From a virus (Duplodnaviria > Caudoviricetes): 64,000 nucleotides of DNA. The translations under genes were made by a program, and so were the position numbers. Under the pieces are notes generated by a model, which saw only the letters and a program-made list of their open reading frames with translations, was not told where the DNA came from and did no database searches. The stretch lies in IMG/VR virus record IMGVR_UViG_3300031555_001562. The stretch is one strand, 5' to 3'. Shown one piece after another: positions 20,043-29,182 of the stretch; the stretch's first letter is position 1; each line of letters begins with the position of its first letter.

Positions 20043-21207
20043 TGTTTGATTCTCCTGAAAGATCAAAATACTGTTGTGCGATATCCGGGAACAGTGCTTC
20101 AACACGTTCCATTTCTCGCCAATCGGATCCTTTGATGCCGATATCTTTCAAATAACCATCAATGTCTCTCTTGTACTTTGTGTATCCATTGCGGCGCATT
20201 CCCTTGCATTTGCAGAACAATCTGAAGGAGAATGTCTTAAACATGTGCGGCTGATTGCACCAGCTTGCCACGGAAGAATAGAACGTCGAGAACTCTGAAT
20301 CATAGACTTTCTCAAAGCGCATAATGTATGGCTTTGCATCAAATCTACTCAGAATTGAAATTCTCTCAAAGAGATTTCGAATATCGTTTTCCCAGAATTC
20401 CATGTCATATTTGCCGTTCTTATCGCAGCCGCAGAATACATAGAACTTCAGCTGACGTTTCCATTCCGGAACTGTTTCTCGGATTAATTGCAATTTAGAT
20501 GTAATCAGCTCTTTGTCTTCAATGTTATCGAATGCAAAGATAACTTCACCGTCATACTTCCAACTTGCAATTTCAAGAATCTTTTCCTTTGTCAACAGTC
20601 TTTCATCAAGACCTTGCTTGAAGTGGAATCGTCTTCCGGTATCTATGACCGGCTGAATTAATTCTCGCCACTTTGGGTATCCAAGGAAGTTATCATCCAG
20701 GAAGCAGATCTTTGGCCTTGTTGGGTCATAGAACTCTGCCAATGGACTTGCTGGTTCCACTTTCTTGTAATTCCTGTTTACGCAGTAATAACAACCACGG
20801 AAGCATTTCCTTGTTAAGTAACCAATTGAGTAATCAAGATAGTATTTGAAGTTGTTCCGATTCTCCCCCCTAGCGAAAATCGCTTCATTAACCCAATCAT
20901 CATATAGGTGATAATCCGGCATAATGTGTTCGATCTCTGGTGGGAGAGGTGGAGCATTATCGTAAAAGAATCCTGTGCCGCCATACGTGACATTTGGCAT
21001 CGCAAGTACATCTTCAGGCACATGCGTCTTCGTGAAAACCTTTGAGATGTAAACTTTGTCAAACGCTTGCAGACCTTCGTAGTCAGTCTTCAACTGGACA
21101 CTATCTCCGTTCTGCTTGTGATATGCGGCAATTTTCATTGAACACAGATTAGGGAATCTGTGTTTGTTTTTGCCGATAATCTCGGCATCGATAATTGCTA
21201 CATTCAT
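20035..21207 (-). CDS. Radical SAM protein
   Basis: TRKCFRGCYYC (CxxxCxxC), LDDNFL, QGLD.RL. Confidence 0.85.
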   Translation of the reverse strand: MNVAIIDAEIIGKNKHRFPNLCSMKIAAYHKQNGDSVQLKTDYEGLQAFDKVYISKVFTKTHVPEDVLAMPNVTYGGTGFFYDNAPPLPPEIEHIMPDYHLYDDWVNEAIFARGENRNNFKYYLDYSIGYLTRKCFRGCYYCVNRNYKKVEPASPLAEFYDPTRPKICFLDDNFLGYPKWRELIQPVIDTGRRFHFKQGLDERLLTKEKILEIASWKYDGEVIFAFDNIEDKELITSKLQLIRETVPEWKRQLKFYVFCGCDKNGKYDMEFWENDIRNLFERISILSRFDAKPYIMRFEKVYDSEFSTFYSSVASWCNQPHMFKTFSFRLFCKCKGMRRNGYTKYKRDIDGYLKDIGIKGSDWREMERVEALFPDIAQQYFDLSGESNNV

Positions 21208-21403
21208 CGTTGTTTCCTAATTCATTTTCAACATCAGATATTTCTAATATCAGATTGTCTTTTTGAACCGTTGTCAGTGCATTGACTAAACCATCGAATC
21301 TAGGTTCAAGTTGTTGCTTTGTAGGTTTCTCCCCCCGGCCACGCATGGCTACGGTTAAACAATTTCGCATTGTCAATTCACTTTCCATTATTGATTTCTT
21401 CAA
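21149..21403 (-). CDS. Stand-alone methyltransferase TRD-like mini-protein (in frame across G6)
   Basis: AMRGR..QQLEPR.DG..N.LTTVQKDNLILE resembles variable-region modules of phage C5-MTases; start uncertain. Confidence 0.6.
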   Translation of the reverse strand: MKKSIMESELTMRNCLTVAMRGRGEKPTKQQLEPRFDGLVNALTTVQKDNLILEISDVENELGNNDECSNYRCRDYRQKQTQIP

Positions 21404-21901
21404 AAATGATCTGCTTCGGGAGAAATTTACTGCAAATATACACGCTGCTAAAAGGTGGGTTTAGAGATGGTTTTTGTTCTTCATAACTCCTGAAGTATGC
21501 AATGCGTTTATTCATATACATAATTTCAAAGTCATTGTTTTTGAAGAGATCGAATCTGTGTCTACTCTCAAACAGGCCAACAACGCCTACCAGCATAGCA
21601 AACGGTTTTCCAATCTCGAACAGCCTCTCCAATACCTTGCCTTTAACTGAGTATGGTGGATTACTGATTATGTAATCGCATTTAGGCGGATCCATTTCAA
21701 AGAAATCCTGACCATTAGCAATGTGCGTCGCAATTACCGTAAATCCAGCCTCCCGGAACAGCTTTACGAATAAGCTTTCTTCTGTGTCAAAAGGACACCA
21801 GATCGTGCCGGGGGTGTAATATATTTCATCACTGGTTCAATTGCATAACCAGGAGTATAGAACTCATCGTTACCGCTTCCGGCAACTTTGTCCATTTTCA
21901 T
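21378..21901 (-). CDS. N6-adenine DNA methyltransferase, frameshifted at C5 (21810-21814)
   Basis: MKMDK..NDEFYTP..ITPP joins GTIWCPFD...SNPPY only with one extra C. Confidence 0.8.
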
Positions 21902-21913
21902 ACTGTACCCTCT

Positions 21914-22696
21914 TTACACTAAGCCCCATTCTGCGAATTTCTCAAATCCGCCCATAGAGCCGATATAGTTTCTAGCAATCTCCACGATCTTATCGTAAGG
22001 GATGCCATTTACGTATTCATCTCCAATTGCGCAAAACAATTCTACTGGCTTTCTTGTTCTCTGAGCCTCAAGCCATGCATAAATGTTGACACTAACATCT
22101 GCTTTGCTGAGATCTTTACCATGCAAACCGCCGCCAGTAACGGAGTCAGCCATATCACTGCCAAGCTTCCGATTCGTTGCGCCACTATCGACATCCGTTC
22201 CGCCAGTCCAATCGCCAAGAGGATTGACAATTGCGTTTGGATATTTGGCCTTCAGATCATCGCTATCTGCGTTGCTCTGGCATATAATGAGTTGGCTTCC
22301 GTTCATGATGTACTTGCCATCATACGGATAGTCAGCATAAATTGCTTTTGCAATATTGGACATGTTGTTTTGTTCAACGGTAACTGGCATACCTTTGAAA
22401 ATGCCATTATCACCGCAACGAATGCATTTTTCCTGATTTCTTGCAAGATGTACATCCTGCGGAATGATCCGAAGATCTACTGCTATATTTCCTGCGATAC
22501 GAGTAATAGCTGCAATTACATAGTCATGGTCTAAGTCCACAGACGTTTCAGCAATGACATGGCATACACCATGACCGATAAGCACTTCTACTGCAATCTT
22601 AGGATTGTCTTGAGCCTTATAAGCAAGATCAACTATTGCACCAGCAATACGATCTGCAATTTTGTCCGGATGAGACGGATTTACTTTTTCAAACAT
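21914..22696 (-). CDS. metK: S-adenosylmethionine synthetase (short phage type)
   Basis: HPDKIAD.I, GDNG, GG...DSGATNRK, GGGLHGKD.SKAD. Confidence 0.9.
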   Translation of the reverse strand: MFEKVNPSHPDKIADRIAGAIVDLAYKAQDNPKIAVEVLIGHGVCHVIAETSVDLDHDYVIAAITRIAGNIAVDLRIIPQDVHLARNQEKCIRCGDNGIFKGMPVTVEQNNMSNIAKAIYADYPYDGKYIMNGSQLIICQSNADSDDLKAKYPNAIVNPLGDWTGGTDVDSGATNRKLGSDMADSVTGGGLHGKDLSKADVSVNIYAWLEAQRTRKPVELFCAIGDEYVNGIPYDKIVEIARNYIGSMGGFEKFAEWGLV

Positions 22697-22707
22697 GGTT
22701 TGTTTCC

Positions 22708-22840
22708 TTATCTTTCGATTAGCTTAAAGGCACTTCGTATTGAACTTGCACCAATATTGGTTGTGAGTGTTCCAATTGTTTCTTGATCTGCTCTAACTCT
22801 ACTATTGTAGTCATCGTAGATAATTACATCACGATTTGAC
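22708..22840 (-). CDS. TRD-like module reachable by -1 shift at C5 (22842-22846)
   Basis: Frame reads DVIIYDDYNSRVRADQETIGTLTTNIGASSIRSAFKLIER*. Confidence 0.55.
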
Positions 22841-23281
22841 CGGGGGTAAATTCAGTCTCAGTACCATCATTTTCGTTCTGGTTTATATCTTCATAGAGTC
22901 TGTCAAGCGCCTTTTCGATTGCGCCAATTCCTGAGAAGTAGCTGCCAACCTTGAGATCTTCAAACAGATACGGCATTGCTTTATACAGTTCTTTGAAGAT
23001 GAAATACGGAACAGAAACAACGATGCTGTTACCGGCTTGCTTGTATAACTGACTATTGCTAATTCCAGCAGCTTGAGCCTTATCGAAATCTTCATCTGTG
23101 AAATCCATCAAACGCCAACATTCTCTTGGTGTCAGCTTTCTAATACGATAACCAGCTGAAGAAGTGTTATTTTCAATCACTCGCTTGTCACCCCCGCATC
23201 GATGGTTCGGATTGCTCCTACGTAATCTCCTGAGAATACTCGCAATCCTTCATCGCATCTGCGTTCACATATTGCTTTCAT
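22824..23281 (-). CDS. C5-methyltransferase small subunit (TRD + motifs IX-X-I), frameshifted at G5 (23191-23195)
   Basis: IRKLTPRECWRLM (IX), LYKQAGNSIVV (X), then KVGSYFSGIGA (motif I) at the C-terminus; N-terminal MKAICERR..RTIDAGG joins with +1 G. Confidence 0.8.
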
Positions 23282-23450
23282 CTAATTCCTCATTCTTACT
23301 TTTGTTTTGGAATTGATCTGCTATCAAAATCCAATACTTAACACCTAAACCAGCCGTTAATGTTGGAGATACCCCCCCGGTCGAATAGACGGTATTGGAT
23401 TGATGCTTACCAGTTCCTTTTTCCAGATAGCCTAATTCTTCAATCTTCAT
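23265..23450 (-). CDS. TRD-like mini-ORF (in frame across G7 23372-23378)
   Basis: HQSNTVYSTGGVSPTLTA. Confidence 0.65.
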   Translation of the reverse strand: MKIEELGYLEKGTGKHQSNTVYSTGGVSPTLTAGLGVKYWILIADQFQNKSKNEELDESNM

Positions 23451-23639
23451 CTTTCTTAATCGGTTCAATAACCAAAATCATAGAGTTTTCAGCCATTAAA
23501 GTAGGACAAATTTGCCCCCGGCCTGAACTCGACCTCTACGGGTTTTTGATTTCGGAAAGCTGAAATCTGCAACTCCTGGTATTTCACATTCAATGTAACC
23601 TTGCTTAGTTGCCTGTTTAATTCTTATTGTCTCCGCCAT
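23440..23639 (-). CDS. TRD-like mini-ORF, frameshifted at G5 (23515-23519)
   Basis: GGAGG RBS; IKQATKQGYIEC..ADFSFPKSKTRRGRVQAGG|QICPTLMA. Confidence 0.65.
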
Positions 23640-23786
23640 GCTTAACCTCCACTAGAGTTTTCGGGGGTCTTTATGGCTGGTTGCAGAGATAGTACAAGAA
23701 ATACCATCAAGTGAATAAACACGTTCTCTTTGATGTTCTTTCCCGGTATTTGAGATTAAACAGCCAACAACGATAATTTCATTCAT
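23617..23786 (-). CDS. TRD-like mini-ORF, frameshifted at C5 (23663-23667)
   Basis: EHQRERVYSLDGISCTISATSHKDP|PKTLVEV. Confidence 0.65.
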
Positions 23787-23934
23787 TGCTTTCTATAACC
23801 CCATTCATAGGTTGATTCCCAAATCCTTTGTAATCTCTGGCAAGTAAGGTATTTGCAACATCAATTTCTCTTTCAAATTTACCGCATTGGTTCGAAAACA
23901 AACCAGCGGTTAACTCTCTTGAATGAGATCCCAT
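23779..23934 (-). CDS. TRD-like mini-ORF
   Basis: DVANTLLARDYKGFGNQPMNGVIE. Confidence 0.65.
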   Translation of the reverse strand: MGSHSRELTAGLFSNQCGKFEREIDVANTLLARDYKGFGNQPMNGVIESNE

Positions 23935-24757
23935 TGATGTTTGTCTACACTGCATCTGCCCCCGTGCGAATTGCATTTGAGACAGTCTTGTTTAGCTTGC
24001 CACTTACAATCAGATCTTCTACAAGTTCTTTTGCCTTCGGAGTATTGATATAGAATGACTCATCTACATCATCTTCCAGAACATCTCTTAGGCGCTTGCC
24101 ATTGTCGAATGGCTCTGGGAATGTAAATTTACCATTGTCAAAACTCTGCAAGATGATAATCAGATATACTCGTTCTCTGTTTTGTGGAACACCGTAATCT
24201 TTTGCATTGAGAACTTTGTAGTATGTGTTGTAGCCGTATTCATGTAGTTCATCAATGAACATATCGAAAGTTTCTTTGAATGACTTGCCGACAATATTCT
24301 TGACATTCTCATAAATACCCCACACGGGTTTGTTTGCACGAATGATCCGAAGCCACTCTACTAGCAGTGAGCTTCTTGTCTTGTCAAGATTCTCACTATT
24401 GCAATTAGGACACTTGTGCCGCTCTGACCAATGGACAGTTAGCGGATTATACTCATGACCACAATCCTTGCACTTCCACTTGCTGCCAGCCTGTTTGCCA
24501 GCAACACTGAAGTCCTGGCATGGGCTGCCGCCGCAGATCATATTGAATGGGTTTAGTTTGGTCTCATCTACTTTTGTGATGTCGCCAAGATTTAGGCTTT
24601 TGTCAACGCCATGCACTGCGCAGTAGCTCGTCTCAGCAAATCTATCAAATTCGCAGAAGTTTACGAGTTCATAGCCGCTATGGGTTGAAGTATTGTTTTT
24701 ATCAGTATTTGACATTACTTTCCTACCATTTTCCTGCGGTTTTATATCGATTTTCAC
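23910..24757 (-). CDS. C5-methyltransferase catalytic subunit (motifs II-VIII, no motif I); terminal TRD frameshifted at G5 (23959-23963)
   Basis: GGSPCQDFS (IV), YENV (VI), PQNRERVY (VIII); CxxC/CxxC insert; stops at 23945 as written, +1 G extends it to RTGGRCSVDKHQWDLI. Confidence 0.85.
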
Positions 24758-24854
24758 CCATTTTCAAGAGAAAAGCATTTAGTTCATCGAATTCCAAACA
24801 TCGAAACTATCGCATGTTCCTCTCGTAAAAAACAGATAAAAACAATATTTGATT

Positions 24855-25418
24855 TCACTTATCTACTTCGTTTCCAAAGGCATCCCAACCAGATCGAGAA
24901 CGTCTAGAATACATTTCTAGTCGCTTCACCCCCGGATATAGCGATTCCATAATTTCGTATGAAATCTCCGGCTTCTGGCTATGTGCCTTTACTTTCTCTG
25001 TGAATACGGTATGAATCTTGCCTCTCATGTCTGTTGCGACAGGCAGAAGCTTGCCCTTGTACATGTAAAGCAAATACTCGTGACCATACCTGACCGTGAA
25101 CGCCGCCGGAATCCCGGTGACTTTGTTCCAGATCATTCTTGCATGCAGCTTGTACCCAAGCTTCTCAGCAATCTCCTGAGCCTCGAACAAGTACTTATCA
25201 ATCGTCCATAGAAATAAGATACTGTTATCTTTCGTGTGTTCAGTTGCGACTCTGAGATGTTCTTCAATCACATCTAAGCTGCATGTTTGGTAGTCTAGAG
25301 GCGTTCCGCTGCTATTCTTACGAACAGACTTCTTTCCGCCCTTAGACTGTTTCCAAGGCGGATCAGCACAAATCAAATCGTACTGATCGCCAATATCGTG
25401 GATATTTTCAAAGATCAT
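24855..25418 (-). CDS. MT-A70 family adenine methyltransferase
   Basis: ADPPW, LFLWT, HSQKP, LEMYSR..GWDAFGNE. Confidence 0.9.
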   Translation of the reverse strand: MIFENIHDIGDQYDLICADPPWKQSKGGKKSVRKNSSGTPLDYQTCSLDVIEEHLRVATEHTKDNSILFLWTIDKYLFEAQEIAEKLGYKLHARMIWNKVTGIPAAFTVRYGHEYLLYMYKGKLLPVATDMRGKIHTVFTEKVKAHSQKPEISYEIMESLYPGVKRLEMYSRRSRSGWDAFGNEVDK

Positions 25419-26728
25419 TCTGAATCCTCTGAAATCAGAGACTCTGCCTCTTCCATGTCGGGTGCATCAGAGTTGTCCTTGATAATTCCCTCCAGAACCT
25501 TGAAGCAGAAGCCCTTTGCCTTGAAAGCAGTGAACTTGCTCCGGTTATCGATTCTGACAACTACACCTTCAGCGATGTGGGTTCCGTTTGCCAGAGGTTC
25601 AGGGATATCCAGCCACTTCTCGACACGCTCATTCAGGTCTTCCCAAGTGGTGTACAGGAATTTATCAACCAGAGGAACATACTCACATCCGAGCCGTTCA
25701 CACCACTTCATAGTCTCTTCAGTGGGCAGCTCAACGGTAATACCGTCCTCATTAGTCATAGTGATCCGGTACAGATAGCACTTGTTCTCGCCAGGAGCGC
25801 AGCCATATGTAAACACGGTTTCAGAACCGTACTGCTTGCTGAAAGCTTTGTCCTTCAGCTTGGAATTACTGCATCTGGGCATGATCGGGGTGGACTCATT
25901 GACCCAGCCAACAATCTCGCCGTATACAGTCATTCCCTTTGGTAGCTTTCCAATGAAGAAGTCATTGTACTTCTTGCGGAATTCGTTGGAGCCGTAGAAA
26001 CCTCCATCAAAGGATCTCAGGACAACTCTTCGAGTACCGCTTACAATCTCATACTTCTTGGAAACTCTGTCAGGAACATGGAATACTTTCTTGATGAACC
26101 AGTGCGGCTTTTTGGTAGTAACCTCAAGGCAGTTGGATACACGGAAAGACGTTCCATGAAGCTTACGGGTCAGATAGATGATATCACCCTCTCTGAATTC
26201 CCTCTGGTTATATGCAAGCTGTTCGGTGTCGATATGTTCTGTAAAGAACGGATAGGCAATCTTCTGATTCTCTTCCTTCTTGTTCTTGGATGGCTTTACA
26301 CTGGTATTGGTTCTTCTCTGCGTAGTACGAGGAATGTACTTTTTGCAGATTTCATGACCATCTAGTTCTGTAATCTGTTCACCATCTCTAAGCTGGTCAA
26401 CATCTGTGTACTTGGAAAGAACTGCGATTGGCAGAACCAGGCCGTCAGACTTCTCTCCACGAAGCATGAGTGCCTTAATGTTTCTCTTATCGGGATCAAG
26501 ATAACCACCGACGTTATTACCATTCTCGTCCTTTTTACGAACCAGATTGTTGTCATTTGCAAATTCAACGCTCAACTGACCATCCACAGGGAAATAGATT
26601 ACTCGATCCCCCGCAGCGTAGGACATGTCAACGATTACATTGCTTCCAAAAATGGTTGCACACTGAAGGCGATCAGCATTGCTATGCTTGCGAAGTTCTT
26701 TGATTGTAGTGATATATGCGCAATACAT
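25415..26728 (-). CDS. RNA ligase (Rnl2-like) with N-terminal OB/tRNA-binding domain
   Basis: HSNADRL...LRGEKSDG N-terminus; RKLHGT (I), YGEI (III), EGVV (IV), FKAK (V). Confidence 0.85.
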   Translation of the reverse strand: MYCAYITTIKELRKHSNADRLQCATIFGSNVIVDMSYAAGDRVIYFPVDGQLSVEFANDNNLVRKKDENGNNVGGYLDPDKRNIKALMLRGEKSDGLVLPIAVLSKYTDVDQLRDGEQITELDGHEICKKYIPRTTQRRTNTSVKPSKNKKEENQKIAYPFFTEHIDTEQLAYNQREFREGDIIYLTRKLHGTSFRVSNCLEVTTKKPHWFIKKVFHVPDRVSKKYEIVSGTRRVVLRSFDGGFYGSNEFRKKYNDFFIGKLPKGMTVYGEIVGWVNESTPIMPRCSNSKLKDKAFSKQYGSETVFTYGCAPGENKCYLYRITMTNEDGITVELPTEETMKWCERLGCEYVPLVDKFLYTTWEDLNERVEKWLDIPEPLANGTHIAEGVVVRIDNRSKFTAFKAKGFCFKVLEGIIKDNSDAPDMEEAESLISEDSE

Positions 26729-26964
26729 TATCTCTTCTTTGCCTTCTTTCTCTTAGGGTGGTTCACCTTTGGCTTGGGAACCGCCGCTTTCTTTGGTTTT
26801 ACTTGTTCTTTTCTACTTTGTTGCGTCGTCTTTTCGTCTTCAAAATAAAGAGGGGCAGGACGTGTTTCATGATAACACTTCGGGCATCTACGCAGCCGGA
26901 ATGCCTTGCCATCCTCAAATCTCATGACGTATCTCATCAACACTCTGCAATTACTGCAAATCAT
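26728..26964 (-). CDS. Small zinc-ribbon protein with basic tail
   Basis: CxxC...CPKC and Lys-rich C-terminus; coupled to both neighbours. Confidence 0.6.
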   Translation of the reverse strand: MICSNCRVLMRYVMRFEDGKAFRLRRCPKCYHETRPAPLYFEDEKTTQQSRKEQVKPKKAAVPKPKVNHPKRKKAKKR

Positions 26965-28238
26965 ATCAGATACTCCTTTATGGATTTTGCAACTTGTATT
27001 AACTTGTCACGGTCATTCGGTACTGTCTGCCTCATAACCATATCCAAAAGCGTATTGAGTACATTCCCAATTTCTTTTCCGTTATATCCGAGCGAAATAA
27101 GATCATTGCCTTTAACCTGAAGATCAGCCAGCCGGTACGGGATTTCACAGCGAATTGTCTTCAAGAACAATGCTCTTAGTATATCCTGGTTGTCATTATC
27201 GTCTTTATCAAAGAAAGAATAGGTATAGAGAATTGACCATGTTGACAGCTTATGCCCAATGTCGTGGAGCAATCTCACTTCATAATAGTCCGTTTTATCG
27301 TACTCATTACAAGATATACTTTCCTTGACGATTTCCAACTGATTCCGATCATTCATTATACGGCGACCATATTTGACGATTGTTGTAACTGATTTGAAGA
27401 GATAGTTTGAGAAGCGCAGCCTATACAGCACATTCTCAATATCATTATCATCAAAATCAAACAACAGCGCCAATCGCACTTCAATATCACTGATAGATCT
27501 GAGCAACCGAACACTAATTTTCTGAATGTCGCAGCCGCCGAATTCGGGAACTACTTCAGTCAGCAATGTCATCATATCAACCAAAAGGCCGACATTGGTT
27601 TCAAACGTTATATGCTGTAACGTTTTTGTAAGCTCAGAATTGATTCTTTCGGCAGAGATATTGCGAAGCAATGACTGGTGAGTGAACAAAGATTTTCGTG
27701 TTTCCTGTTCAATCTCGAAACCAAATCTTGTTGCAAATCTGATCGCACGCATAATACGAAGTGCATCTTCAGAAAACCGATCATTCGGATTCCCAACACA
27801 TCGAATTACTTTGTTATGTATGTCCTCGACACCGTTGAAGTAGTCAATGATTCCCGACTTGTGATTGTATGCCAAGGCATTGATCGTAAAATCTCGCCGC
27901 ATCAGATCAAGTTTCAGGTCTTTAACAAACTCAACTGCTTCTGGATGACGATTGTCAGAATATTCGCCATCGATCCTATACGTAGTGATTTCGTATTCAT
28001 CACCGTAAAGGACTACGGTCACTGTACCATGTTTCAGGCCAGTAGGTATCACCTTCAGGTCTGAAAACACTTCAATAATCTGTTCCGGAAGAGCCGATGT
28101 GCAAATATCCCAGTCGTGCGGCGGTATGCCCATGATGCTATCACGGACACAACCACCAACGACGTAGGCTTCAAAGCCACGTTCCTCTAACCGACTGATT
28201 ATCAGCTCGGCAGCATTTGGTATTGTTATTCTTTCCAC
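26961..28238 (-). CDS. cca: CCA-adding tRNA nucleotidyltransferase (class II)
   Basis: VGGCVRD, DWDICT, EITTYR, RRDFTINA, RFSEDALRIMRA. Confidence 0.92.
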   Translation of the reverse strand: MERITIPNAAELIISRLEERGFEAYVVGGCVRDSIMGIPPHDWDICTSALPEQIIEVFSDLKVIPTGLKHGTVTVVLYGDEYEITTYRIDGEYSDNRHPEAVEFVKDLKLDLMRRDFTINALAYNHKSGIIDYFNGVEDIHNKVIRCVGNPNDRFSEDALRIMRAIRFATRFGFEIEQETRKSLFTHQSLLRNISAERINSELTKTLQHITFETNVGLLVDMMTLLTEVVPEFGGCDIQKISVRLLRSISDIEVRLALLFDFDDNDIENVLYRLRFSNYLFKSVTTIVKYGRRIMNDRNQLEIVKESISCNEYDKTDYYEVRLLHDIGHKLSTWSILYTYSFFDKDDNDNQDILRALFLKTIRCEIPYRLADLQVKGNDLISLGYNGKEIGNVLNTLLDMVMRQTVPNDRDKLIQVAKSIKEYLI

Positions 28239-29164
28239 GGGTTTTCAATCGCCTCCAGGTAAGTAGCAAGCTTACCATCATGGAAGAAAACAAGATCATC
28301 CTTGGTAACTGGTTCGCCAAAGTAGTACTTGATAACCTGATGAATCGTATCTCCATCCAGACACTTGAACTCAATGTTGTCATCGTAATGATGCTTCATC
28401 CAACCCTGAGTGCCGGAAATCTTTGACAGATTGAACATCTCAACTCTAACCAGATTGCCAATATAATCGGGGCAGTTCTTGACGATTTCTTTCAGCTCAT
28501 TCAGTGAGAAACCACTGTTGGGTTCAACCGCAAGCAGTATCTCATCTTCACCAAGACTGAACACGGATATGCCGGAGCAGTTGGCTACAACATGATTGAT
28601 TAGCTGTGCCATCAGGTAGCGCTCATACTGGATATGACGGTTCGGGTTACATGCACCCAGAACAACTTGTCTTATGTATTTGCTTTCAATGATGTGCTGG
28701 CTGTCTGTAAACTGACCAACAAACTCTTCCCAGGTATCGCAGAAATCGAAGATCTCAGGATCATAGAACCGGAGTGCGGAGAAGTTTGCCTTTTTCATAT
28801 CGATAGAGATAAATGCCTTGCCATCGTTATCCTCGATGTAAAGATTTCTCTTACTGTATGGAGTAACAGTCTTGAATGTTTCTGCATTGAATCTTTGGTA
28901 GGCCGCATTGCCCTTAATTGCATCAATGATCTGATCCTTGACTGCATTGTAGTGGCTCAGGTATTCCTGCTCGTTTGCACACTGTTCCATTTCGTCACAA
29001 AATGCCTCGAACTTCTTGATTCCATGATAGATGGGATCTAGGGCGCAAAGCCGCTGGTAGAAATATGGATTATCGAAAACGGAAATAGGAATTCTGCAAT
29101 CTTTGCAAAATCGCTTTTTCAGAATGATGGATTGTAAAATTTTTTCCCTGTTCATCTCAAACAC
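28226..29164 (-). CDS. Hypothetical protein (possible palm-type polymerase-like motifs)
   Basis: 312 aa; ISIDMKKANF and GEDEI acidic motifs; function not established. Confidence 0.6.
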   Translation of the reverse strand: MFEMNREKILQSIILKKRFCKDCRIPISVFDNPYFYQRLCALDPIYHGIKKFEAFCDEMEQCANEQEYLSHYNAVKDQIIDAIKGNAAYQRFNAETFKTVTPYSKRNLYIEDNDGKAFISIDMKKANFSALRFYDPEIFDFCDTWEEFVGQFTDSQHIIESKYIRQVVLGACNPNRHIQYERYLMAQLINHVVANCSGISVFSLGEDEILLAVEPNSGFSLNELKEIVKNCPDYIGNLVRVEMFNLSKISGTQGWMKHHYDDNIEFKCLDGDTIHQVIKYYFGEPVTKDDLVFFHDGKLATYLEAIENPWKE

Positions 29165-29182
29165 CTCTTAACTCTGCATGCT

